Assembly: GCA_963777495.1 (NCBI GenBank)
Contig: CAVZQM010000001.1
Location: 195,537-259,536, forward strand
DNA from: an uncultured Actinomycetes bacterium
Lineage (GTDB): Bacteria; Actinomycetota; UBA4738; HRBIN12
Direction of reading: 5' to 3'
DNA length: 64,000 nucleotides
Below are positions 53,920-62,723 of the stretch, piece by piece. The position numbers and the translations under genes were made by a program. The notes beneath the pieces are model-generated. The model was not told the origin of the DNA. It saw only the letters and a program-made list of their open reading frames with translations, and searched no databases. Within the stretch, counting starts at the first letter, position 1. Every line of letters starts with the position of its first letter.

Positions 53920-55068
53920 TCAGATGCCCACGGTGAACCGCGCGAGCACGGCCGCGTCGATCGCGCGTTCGTCCAGCTCCACCCCGAGCCCGGTGCCCTC
54001 GAGGGGTCCGACCGTCCCGTCGGCGTCCATCTCGAGCGGCGTCGTCACGCCCCACTCGAATTCCTCGGACGGCACCGCTCGTTCGAAGAAGCTGGTCCGG
54101 CAGAACGCGAGCATCACGTGGAGGTTCGCGGCCTGCACCGGCGTCTGGCCGTAGCTGGTCACCTCCACGTCCAGCCCGAACGCCTCCGCGACATCGAACA
54201 CCCGGAGCGCGGACGTGATGCCTCCCGCGAACGTCACGTCGAACCGCATCGCCGACCACGGCGGGTCTCGCATGATCTCCGTCATCAGACGGGGATCCCA
54301 GATCGCGTCGCCGGCCGGGATGATCGGGACGCGCCCGATCCGCACGAGCCGGCGGTACCCCTCCAGGTCGAGGTCGGGCAGCGGCGCCTCGAACCACCGG
54401 ACGCCGAGGTCTCCGAGCTCGCTCGCCATGCGTTCGGCGGCGTCGCGCTCCAAGCACCCTTCGGCGTCGTAGATCAACGCCATGTCGTCGTCCGCGCCGC
54501 GAGCGGCGCGGACGGCCTCGAGGTCGCGGTCCGGATCGCCCCAGGCGTGGATCTTCGCGGCGGTGTACCCCTCGGCGCGGCGGCGGACGACCTCGTCCGC
54601 ATAGGCCTCCGGGCGCCCGAGCGTGGGGAGCGAGGCATACGCCGGGAGTCGCTCCACGCCGCGGTGCTCGGGAGCGATCAGCCGGTGCAGCGGCAGGCCG
54701 GCGCGGTGGGCGGCCAGGTCCCACAGGGCGATGTCGATCGCGGAGCGGACACCCGGCATGTCGGGTGCGGTCCCGTGGTCACGGAGCTCGTCCCAGATGG
54801 CCCGCCGCTCCCGGGGGTCCCGGCCGATCACGCGGGGAGCGATCGTCCGGAGCGTCTCCAGCGGTGCCAGGTCGAACGCGCCGTAGCTGTCCGAATCGAA
54901 CTGGCCGAGGCCGGTGACCCCGTCGCCGTCTGTGACGCGCACCAGGGTGCTGGTCGTGAATGGAGCCGGAAGGTGGCTCGTGTACGCGTGACGGGGCAGG
55001 TCTGGACCGAGCGCCAGCACCTCGATGCGCTCGACCGGCGATCCGGGCTCCTCGGCTGCGTTTGTCAA
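53920..55068 (-). CDS. mandelate racemase / muconate lactonizing enzyme family (enolase superfamily) protein
   Basis: Intact 382-aa ORF (TTG start); capping domain plus TIM-barrel with KxK and metal-ligand Asp/Glu residues (…AAKIHAWG…ALIYDAEG…). Confidence 0.85.
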   Translation of the reverse strand: MTNAAEEPGSPVERIEVLALGPDLPRHAYTSHLPAPFTTSTLVRVTDGDGVTGLGQFDSDSYGAFDLAPLETLRTIAPRVIGRDPRERRAIWDELRDHGTAPDMPGVRSAIDIALWDLAAHRAGLPLHRLIAPEHRGVERLPAYASLPTLGRPEAYADEVVRRRAEGYTAAKIHAWGDPDRDLEAVRAARGADDDMALIYDAEGCLERDAAERMASELGDLGVRWFEAPLPDLDLEGYRRLVRIGRVPIIPAGDAIWDPRLMTEIMRDPPWSAMRFDVTFAGGITSALRVFDVAEAFGLDVEVTSYGQTPVQAANLHVMLAFCRTSFFERAVPSEEFEWGVTTPLEMDADGTVGPLEGTGLGVELDERAIDAAVLARFTVGI

Positions 55069-55085
55069 CGGTTAACTGTAGGCTA
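55062..55085. promoter_or_regulatory. candidate operator (AT-rich AACGGTTAACTGT) in the divergent MR/MLE and SMP-30 promoter region
   Basis: Its reverse complement ACAGTTAACCGTT matches ACAGTTTACAGTT upstream of the GntR gene at 11 of 13 positions; the only AT-rich island in the 55.07-55.39 kb intergenic region. Confidence 0.25.
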
Positions 55086-55168
55086 TCAAGCCGTCGATGG
55101 AATCCGTTCGCGATCTCGCTGTCCCTCCCGGCTCGGTCCTGCATCGAGAGGCCCCGATGCCGCTCGAC

Positions 55169-55393
55169 CTGGAACGGCGGCCCACCCCCAACGGTGGGCA
55201 CCATCTGCACGGCGACATGTCGCCGGACCAACCGCTGTTCCTGCGGCCGGTGCGCGGCGACGCGGACTACCGGACGCCGGTGTCGCGGTTGTATCTGTGG
55301 GGCGCGGGCACGCACCCGGGCGGGGGCGTGACCGGCGCCGACGGGCGCAACGGCGCGCGTGAGCTGCTCCGCGACGTCAGAGGGAGACGTTGA
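55169..55393 (+). pseudogene. 3' remnant of a CrtI-like oxidoreductase paralog
   Basis: Encodes …GGHHLHGDMSPDQPLFLRPVRGDADYRTPVSRLYLWGAGTHPGGGVTGADGRNGARELLRD…, about 70% identical to the C-terminus of the 48792-50386 gene; no N-terminal Rossmann domain; stop overlaps the SMP-30 ATG. Confidence 0.5.
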
Positions 55394-56241
55394 TGCTCGA
55401 CCGGTTCGACGAACTCGCCGAAGGGTTGAACCATCCGGAGGGCGTCACGTGGAACCCGTTCGACGGGTTGGTCTACGCGGGTGGAGAAGGAGGCGAGCTG
55501 TACGCGATCACGCTCGATGGCGAGGTCGAGCAACGCGGCGCCACCGGTGGTTCGATGCTGGGGCTCGCGGTGGACGGCGCGGGGCGCGTGTACGCCTGCG
55601 ATGCCGGCAACGGCGAGATCGTGCGGCTGGACCCGGCCTCGGGTGTGGTCGAGATCTACGGACGTGGCGTCGGGGGCGACGATCTCGACACGCCGAACGT
55701 CGCGGCGTTCGGTCCCGACGGGATGCTCTACGTGACGTGTTCCGGAGAGGACGATCGCCCCGAGATCGTCCGGATCGTGCCCGGTGCCGACGGCGATCGG
55801 CGGACCGAGCGCTGGAGCGCCGACGTGCCGCGGTACCCGAACGGGTGCGTGGTGACGACAGACGGTTCCGCGCTCATCGTCGTCGAGGCGAAGGCGGAGC
55901 GGGTCGTTCGCGTGCCGATCCTGCCGGACGGGGTTGCCGGCACCCCCGAGGTCATCGCCGACCTCCCCGACACGGATCCCGACGGGCTTGCGATCGCCGC
56001 GGACGGCGCGTACTGGGTGACGTTGTATCGTCCGGACGGCTTGTTGCGGATCGCGCCCGACGGCACCGTGGCTACGGTCGTCGACGACCACCTCGCGTCG
56101 ACGTTCGACGCGCCGACGAACATCGCCTGGGTCGGCCCGGCACTCGACCGAGTCGTCGTCGCGAACGTCGGCGACCGCTTCCTGTCGATCGGCGACGTCG
56201 GGGTGACCGGACTACCGCTCCATCATCCGGAGGTGCCGTGA
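55393..56241 (+). CDS. SMP-30/gluconolactonase/LRE family protein
   Basis: Intact ORF; six-bladed beta-propeller lactonase signatures (…EGVTWNP…, …PNGCVVTTDG…, …DGLAIAADG…). Confidence 0.85.
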   Translation: MLDRFDELAEGLNHPEGVTWNPFDGLVYAGGEGGELYAITLDGEVEQRGATGGSMLGLAVDGAGRVYACDAGNGEIVRLDPASGVVEIYGRGVGGDDLDTPNVAAFGPDGMLYVTCSGEDDRPEIVRIVPGADGDRRTERWSADVPRYPNGCVVTTDGSALIVVEAKAERVVRVPILPDGVAGTPEVIADLPDTDPDGLAIAADGAYWVTLYRPDGLLRIAPDGTVATVVDDHLASTFDAPTNIAWVGPALDRVVVANVGDRFLSIGDVGVTGLPLHHPEVP

Positions 56242-57060
56242 TGGCCCGCTACACCGACCGGAACGTGATCGTGACCGGAGGGGCTCAAGGCATCGGGCGC
56301 GGCATCGTCGAGGCGTTCCTCGCCGAGGGGGCGCACCGTCTTCGCCGCCGACATCCGCGCCGACGGGCTCGAGGGTATGCGCGCGGCGCAGGCCGAGCCC
56401 GATCGCGTGCGCACCCACGCCGTCGATCTCTCCGACTTCGAGGCCGCAAAGGCGATGGCGCGCGCTGCGATCGAGGAGCTCGGACACATCCACGTGCTGG
56501 TCAACTGCGCCGGGGTCATGCCCGGCGGCCCGCTGATCGACGTGTCGCGGGAGACGTTCGACCTGACGTTCGCGGTCAACGCCCGCGCGCCCATGGCCAC
56601 GATGCAGGTCGTGGCCGCCCACATGGCCGAACACGGAGGCGGCGCCATCGTGAACATCGCGTCGGCGAACGCGTTCAAGAACGAATCGCCCGAGGCGCCG
56701 TACAACGCGTCCAAGGCGGCGCTGGTCGCGCTCACCAAGGCGGCGGCCCACGAGTGGGGCCACCTCAACATCCGCGCCAACTGCGTCGCGCCGGGGCAGA
56801 CCACGACCCCGGAGGAAGAGATCGAGATCGCGTCCGATCCGGACGAGGCGCGTCTCCAACGCGACTACCTGATGCGGATCCCGCTGCGGCGGGCTGGGGC
56901 GCCGCACGATCAAGCAGCCGCGGTGTTGTTCCTGGCGTCCGACGAGGCCGCATGGATCAGTGGACAGACGTTGATCGTCGACGGCGGCGAGCTCGGCGGC
57001 GGCGATTGGTACGACCCGGCCGACGCGCCGCCCATCCCCGACGAGGGGCAGTCCTCGTGA
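56241..57060 (+). CDS. SDR family oxidoreductase (one frameshift)
   Basis: ATG overlaps the SMP-30 TGA (TGATG); TGGAQGIGRG cofactor motif, NASK…YNASKAA (YxxxK) catalytic motif; shift near 56330. Confidence 0.8.
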
Positions 57061-57073
57061 GCGCGGGACACCG

Positions 57074-58328
57074 ATGAGCGCAGCCACCGCTCCGGCTCCG
57101 GTCCTGGAGCTCGCCACGTTCCGCGTCGACGACGTCGTGGAGGGCCGAGCGACGTCGTGGCTGAACGGACGGCTGGAGCTCGACGTCGGAGCGCTCGCAG
57201 ACGCGGCGTCGGAGCCGGCGCTCGCCGACGTGCGGATCGACGTCGTCCGTCCGGGGGACCCGGTGCGGATCGCCAACGTCCTGGACGCGGTCCTGCCGGA
57301 CGTGAAGGCCGACGATCCGGACCGAACGTTCCCCGGTGCGCTCGGCTCGCTGACGATCGCCGGTCGCGGACGGACGAACCGGCTCGACGGCGTCGCCGTC
57401 CTCTCCGTCTGCGACTGGCTCGCCGCGGGCTACACGCAACCCGACGAGTTTCCGGACGCGCTCGTCGACATGGCGGGTCCGGGCGCGGAGGTGACGCGGT
57501 GGGGACGCACGATCGACGTCGTGGTCCGGTGCGTCCCGTCGGCCGGCGCGCCCATCGGGGACGTCGACCGTGCCGTGCGACGCGCGTCGCTCCGTGTCGC
57601 GCGCGATCTGGCCGCGGCGACGATCGATCGTGAGGCGAGCGAGGTCGCGACGCTGGAGCGTCCGCGCGCCGGCGTCGATCCCGCGCTCCCATCGGTCGGC
57701 GCGATCCTCCAGGTGGCGTCGGAAGGCCCGCTGACCGACACGTTCCTCTACGGCCGCGCGGTCGGCGGGATCGTGCCGACGCTGCTCGACGCGAACGAGG
57801 TGCTCGACGGGGCGCTCACGAACGGCGCCTACGACTGGGCGTCGGTTCGCAACGTGACCGCGAACTATCAGGATTCGTCGCTCGTCCGCACGCTCCTGGC
57901 CGGTCACGGCGAACGGCTGGCGGTTCGCCGGCTTGATCCTGGCGCTCGGCTACCTGGATACGCGCGTTCGAGAAGCAGCGGTCGGCCATGCTCTCCGCCC
58001 GCCTCGCCAGGTCGTTGGGCGCCGACGGCGTCGTGTGCACGACGTTCTCGTCGGGCAACTCGCACACCGACACGATGCTCACGGTGCGCGCGTGCGAATC
58101 GCTCGGCATCCGCACCACGGCCATCATCAGCGAGACGAACGGCGGGCTCACGGATCACGTCCCTGAGGCGGACGCCATCGTGAGCGTCGGCAACGAGGAC
58201 GAACTGATCGAACCCGTGGACGCCGGAGCGCGTGGTGGGTGCCGAGCGAGCCCGTGCGCGGCGGGCGAGCCGGTCCCGCTCTGGGCGTACCTGGGCGCGA
58301 CCGTGGCAGACGGGCGACATGGCGCTGA
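57074..58328 (+). CDS. grdE: glycine/sarcosine/betaine reductase component B alpha/beta proprotein (GrdE/PrdA family; frameshifted; 3' end approximate)
   Basis: DVVRPGDPVRIANVLDAVLPDVK region parallels ELARPGESVRIIPVKDVIEPRVK of clostridial GrdE; internal Cys-containing segment VVCTTFSSGNSH in a second frame; a +1-frame TGA at 58326-58328 is taken as the end. Confidence 0.65.
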
Positions 58329-58341
58329 CGGCGGTGCCGGC

Positions 58342-59635
58342 ATGACGGTCGTCCATTACCTCAACCAGTTCTTCGCCGGGCTGGGCGGCGAAGAGGCCGC
58401 GAGCCAGGAGCCGGTGCGGATCGAGGGCGCGGCCGGTCCCGGCCGGGGACTCGTGGCGGCCGGGCTCGAGATCGACGTGACGCTCGCGTGCGGCGACGAC
58501 CGGTTCGGTGAGCACGAGGCGGAGTCGCTCGCGCGTCTGCTGAGCGTGGCTGGACGAGATCCGGCCCGACGTCCTGGTGTGCGGTCCGTCGTTCGGATCC
58601 GGCCGTTACGGCTACGCGTGCGGTTCGCTCGCGCGCGAGGCGGGGAGGCGCGGCATCCCGGTCGTGTCCGGCATGACGCCCGACAGCCCCGGCGTGCTGG
58701 CGGCCGAAGGCGCCGCGTACATCGTCCCGACGGGGCCGAACGTCGCGAGCATGCGCACCGCGCTCCCCGTGATCGCGAGCCTCGCCGGCCGGCTGGCGAC
58801 GGGCGAGCCGGTCGGATCACCCGAGGACGAGGGATACCTGCCGCGCGGTCTCCGCACGAACGTTCACGCCGACAGGACGGGCGCGGAGCGCGCGCTCGAC
58901 CTGCTGCTGGCCAAGCTCGGCGGCGACGTCCGCTCCGAGGTCGTCCCGAGCGGCGACCGCGTGGCACCGCCTGCCGCGGTCACCGGATGTGGCGACGGCG
59001 ACGCCTCGCGCTGGTCACCGAGGCCGGCTGCGTCCCGCAGGGGAACCCCGACCGGCTGCCGACGCGGCACGCCAACGTGTGGCTGCGGTATCCGATCGAC
59101 GGCGTGGCGACGTTCGCCGCGGGCGCCTACGAGTCGGTGCACGCCGGGTTCGACACCACGGCCGCGAACGCCGACCCGAACCGGCTGGTGCCGCTCGACG
59201 CGGTGCGCGAGCTTGAGGCGGGAGGGCCGGATCGGTTCGTTGCACGACCGGTTCTACACGACGACCGGTGTCGACACGCCGGTCGCCACGTCGGCCAAGT
59301 TCGGGCGCGAGATCGCGGAGGAACTGCGGGATGCCGGGGTCCAGGCCGTCATCCTCACCGGAACCTGAGGCACAGGCACGCGTTGCGGGGCAACGCTTGC
59401 GAAGGAGATAGAGCGGATGGGGATCGCGACGGTGTTCGTCACGGCGCTCCCGACCATCGCGCAGATGGTCGGGGCGAACCGGGTGCTGCGTGGGGTGTCC
59501 ATCACCCATCCCACCGGGGACCCGTCCCTGTCCGTGGGTGATGAGCGCGCCCTTCGCCGCCGCGTCGTGGAGCGCGCCCTCGAGCTGCTCGCCACGGATG
59601 TCGGCCCGGGCACCGTGTGGGAGGTGCCGGCATGA
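58342..59635 (+). CDS. grdB: glycine/sarcosine/betaine reductase selenoprotein B (in-frame TGA = Sec at 59366-59368; internal frameshifts)
   Basis: GRDB-family N-terminus MTVVHYLNQFFAGLGGEE. The ORF track splits it into two ORFs, but TGA 59366-59368 is in frame with the downstream 72-aa ORF (59417-59635). The joined sequence reads …AVILTGT-U-GTGTRCGATLAKEIERMGIATVFVTALPTIAQMVGANRV…, where GrdB-type proteins carry U. A SECIS-like hairpin lies 12 nt downstream. Confidence 0.7.
59380..59396 (+). other. SECIS-like hairpin downstream of the grdB UGA
   Basis: GCGTTG-CGGGG-CAACGC: 6-bp perfect stem with G-rich apical loop, starting 12 nt after TGA 59366-59368. Confidence 0.4.
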
Positions 59636-60949
59636 CGGGCCGCGACGTCGCGATCACCGGCGCGTCGTTGACGTTGCAGCACGTTCCCGACCTGGTCCGG
59701 TACGGCTCGAAGCCGCGGCGCGAGCACGAGCGGCTCCCGCAGGTCGGTGACGCGCTGCGGAGCTTCAGCGACGCCGTCAGCTATCCGCCGAACCAGGTGT
59801 TCATCGGGAACGCGGACCCAGGCATCCTGCGGGAGCTGCCGCGTCCCTGGTGGCGAGATGCCCCTCCCGGGGACCCGCGCGGCGCCTTCGGCGACATCCT
59901 GGATCAGGCGACGTTCTACGAGCTCCTCGCCGAGCTCGACCAGTTCGAGCTCGTGCGCCTGAAGGAGGAGCCGCGTCCCGGCGAGCTGCCCGCTGTTCGA
60001 CGGCGCGGACGTCGTGGGCGCGTTCGCGGCGGCCCACGAGGCCGATGAGTCGCTGTCGGCGCACGTGCTCCTGGAGAACCTGGCGTGCAAGGCCGGCGCG
60101 GTGCACGCGACGCGGCACCTGCTGGCGGCGACCGGCGTCGACCCGGCGTCGATCCCGTACGTGATCGGCGCGGGGGAGGAGGCGATCGGCGACCGGTATC
60201 AGCGCGGCGGAGGCAACCTCGGCAAGGCGGTCGCCGAGGCGGCGGGACTCACCGAGGCGAGCGGCTGCGACATCAAGGCGTTCTGTGCGGCGCCGATCCA
60301 CGCGCTGGTGGTCGCCGGCGCGCTTGGTGTCGGCGGGCGTGTACGACCGGGTGGCGGTCGTCGCCGGCGGCGCGCTGGCCAAGCTCGGCATGAAGTTCGA
60401 GGGTGCGCTCGAGCACGACGATGCCGATCCTGGAGGACGTGCTCGCGAGCATGGCGATCCTCGTCGAGGCGGCGGCGAGATCGTGCGGGCCGGTGATCCG
60501 GATGGACGCGGTCGGGCGTCACCGCGTGGCGGCGGGAGTCGTCCCAGCAGGCGTTGCTGGAGGACATCGTCGGCGCGCCGCTCGCGGCGATGGGGCGAAC
60601 GATCGCCGACGTCGACGTCTACGCCACCGAGCTCCACAACCCGGAGATCACGGAGTCGTCGGGCGGAGGCGACGTCCCCGACCGGAACTACCGCATGCTC
60701 GCTGGGCTCGGCGTGGTGCGCGGCGATCTCACCAAGGAGGAGCTCCTCCCGTTCGTCCGTTCGCACGGGCTGCCGGGCTTCTCACCGACGCAGGGGCACA
60801 TCGCGTCGGCGATCCCGTGGCTTCCGCACGCGTTGCGGGCGTTCGAACGCGGCGATCTGCACACGACGATGTTGATGGCGAAGGGCAGCCTGTTCCTCGG
60901 CCGGATGACGCGGCTCTGGGACGGAGCTTCGATCACGTTGGAGGGATAG
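59632..60949 (+). CDS. grdC: glycine reductase complex component C-like protein (GrdC/GrdD family; frameshifted)
   Basis: ATG overlaps the grdB stop (ATGA); N-terminus …TLQHVPD…SFSDAVSYPPNQVFIGN… parallels GrdC; thiolase/KAS-like C-terminal part (…GHIASAIPWLPHA…) in two further frames. At 439 aa it may be a truncated GrdC or a GrdC/GrdD fusion. Confidence 0.6.
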
Positions 60950-61309
60950 ATGGCGACGGAAGCGACCGTGGAGACGTTCACCGAGCTGGTGAAGGAAGGG
61001 CACGTCCTGCTCGACGTCTGGGGACCGGACTGCGCCCCGTGTATGGCGATGATGCCGGCCGTCGAGGCCCTAGAGGACAAGTACGAGGGGCGCATCACGC
61101 TGCTCAAGCTGAACGCGCCGGAGAACCGACAGGTGTGCCGGGACATGCGCGTCGCCGGGCTTCCCACGTACATCACGCTCCGCGACGGCGGCGAGGTCGA
61201 ACGGGTTACCGGCAACGGCGCCACGATCGCCGACATCGAGGCCGCGATCGAGCGGCTCCTGGCCGGCGCACCGGTGACCGGGCTCCCGGTGCCGGAGCAC
61301 CTGCGGTAA
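60950..61309 (+). CDS. trxA: thioredoxin (CxxC = CAPC), grd-cluster associated
   Basis: Intact 119-aa ORF; RBS TGGAGGGA; WGPDCAPC active site; follows the grdC stop directly. Confidence 0.8.
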   Translation: MATEATVETFTELVKEGHVLLDVWGPDCAPCMAMMPAVEALEDKYEGRITLLKLNAPENRQVCRDMRVAGLPTYITLRDGGEVERVTGNGATIADIEAAIERLLAGAPVTGLPVPEHLR

Positions 61310-61357
61310 GGCCGGCAGCATCCTGCGATCTGAGTGAGGGAGGTGAGGACGGACGAG

Positions 61358-61816
61358 ATGGAACTCAAGGGCAAGAAGGTGATCGCGCTCGGCGAGCGAG
61401 ACAGCGTCCCCGGCGAAGCCATCGCCGCGGTGGCGCGGTCGGCGGGCGCCGAGGTGATCGAGACGCGCACGGAATGCTTCGTCTGAACCGCTTCCGGCGC
61501 CATGGATCCAGAGAACCAGGGGTTGATCAAGCGCATCGCCGACGAGCTCGGGACCACCGATCTCGTCGTGATCCTCGGAGCGGCCGACGCCGAAGCGGTC
61601 GAGGTCGCCGCGGAGACGGTGCGTGAAGGCGATCCCGCGTACGTGGGTCCGTTGGCCGGGGTCCAGTTGGGCCTCCCTGTGTGGCACATCTTCGAGGACG
61701 AAGTGAAAGACCAGGCCGATCCTGCGGTCTACGAGGAGCAGGTCGGGTTCTTCGAGCTGTCCTTCGACACCGAGAGCGTGAAGGAAGCGATGAAGCGGGC
61801 TCGGGGGGAGACGTGA
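61358..61816 (+). CDS. grdA: glycine/sarcosine/betaine reductase complex selenoprotein A (in-frame TGA = Sec at 61484-61486)
   Basis: RBS GAGGGAGGTGAGGA. Translation reads [54 protein letters not shown]…GDPAYVGPLAGVQLGLPVWHIFEDEVK…, closely matching clostridial GrdA (TECFVUTSAGAMD…; AGPLAGVQLGL). Without readthrough only a 42-aa peptide would result. Confidence 0.85.
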
Positions 61817-61930
61817 TCACCCTCCGCGCGGAAGAACCCACGGCTGCGCGGGCCCGCTCGCGGGGCTCGCACCTGCGGAGATGCCGATGGGACGCCGTTC
61901 CCGCCGCTCCCGGCCCCTTGCTTTGCCAGC

Positions 61931-61950
61931 GGTTGACAGTTTACAGTTCC
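61931..61950. promoter_or_regulatory. candidate promoter/operator upstream of the gntR-SBP-permease operon
   Basis: TTGACA (-35-like) at 61933-61938 overlapping tandem ACAGTT-T-ACAGTT; AT-rich island 65 nt upstream of the GntR start. Confidence 0.3.
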
Positions 61951-62015
61951 CCGTGAGCCCCAGGAACATGGGTTCGGACGAGGCGAGCCGGAGGGTTCGC
62001 CGGGAGGAGGGGTCG

Positions 62016-62723
62016 ATGAGCGAGACCACCAGCGCAGCCACGTTGCGGCCCCTCGACGCGCCTCGGTCCTTGGCCGAGGACGCGGCCGACCGGATCCGTG
62101 AGCAGATCCTGGCGGGCGGCTTCGCGCAAGGGGAGCATCTGGTGGAGGCGCGGATCGCGGAGCAGCTGAACGTCAGCCGCGGTCCCGTCCGCGAGGCGTT
62201 CAAGCTCCTGCGATCCGAGGGACTCCTGTTGGAGGAGCCGCGCCGAGGCACGTTCGTCGTGAGCCTCTCCGCCGACGACGTCCGGGAGATCTACAGCCTC
62301 CGGGCGGCGATCGAAGGCCGGGCGGCCCGGTTGCTCGCCGCCAAGCAGGACGTGGCTGCGGTCGCCGAACTGCGCGGGCTGCTTTCCTCGATCGAAGCCG
62401 CGGCCGCCGCGGGCGACGTCGCCGCCGTGTACCGGCAGGACCTGGCCTTCCACGACGCGGTGTGCCGGCTCTCGGGCAACGCGCGGCTGCACGAGGTCTT
62501 CGCGCGCTACGTGCCCATGTTGCGGGCGCTGCTGCACGTGGACGAACGCATGCAGGACTCGCTCGCCGCCGTCGCGGAACAGCACCGACCCATCGTCGAT
62601 GCCATCGACGCCGGCGACGTCCAGGGCGCCATGACGCACACCGAGCATCACTGCGATCAAGCCGGAGAGCTGATCGCGGCGTACCTCGACTCGCTACCGG
62701 AACGCAACGAGGAGGAACGATGA
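62016..62723 (+). CDS. GntR family transcriptional regulator (FadR/FCD subfamily)
   Basis: Start at ATG 62016 with RBS GGGAGGAGGGG; wHTH (…AEDAADRIREQILAGGFAQGEHLVEARIAEQLNVSRGPVREAF…); FCD effector-binding domain. Confidence 0.85.
   Translation: MSETTSAATLRPLDAPRSLAEDAADRIREQILAGGFAQGEHLVEARIAEQLNVSRGPVREAFKLLRSEGLLLEEPRRGTFVVSLSADDVREIYSLRAAIEGRAARLLAAKQDVAAVAELRGLLSSIEAAAAAGDVAAVYRQDLAFHDAVCRLSGNARLHEVFARYVPMLRALLHVDERMQDSLAAVAEQHRPIVDAIDAGDVQGAMTHTEHHCDQAGELIAAYLDSLPERNEEER

Noticed and set aside
55359-57077. 572-aa ORF on the plus strand spanning the SMP-30 and SDR genes
   Set aside because: Off-frame relative to two genes with clear family signatures; extremely Arg/Gly-rich.
59417-59635. 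Stand-alone 72-aa ORF
   Set aside because: In frame with, and a continuation of, grdB through the Sec-TGA; not an independent gene.
61487-61560. SECIS hairpin downstream of the grdA UGA
   Set aside because: Only short palindromes (GGCGCC, CCATGG, GGATCC) are visible and I could not draw a convincing stem-loop by eye. Left as needing computational folding rather than asserted.
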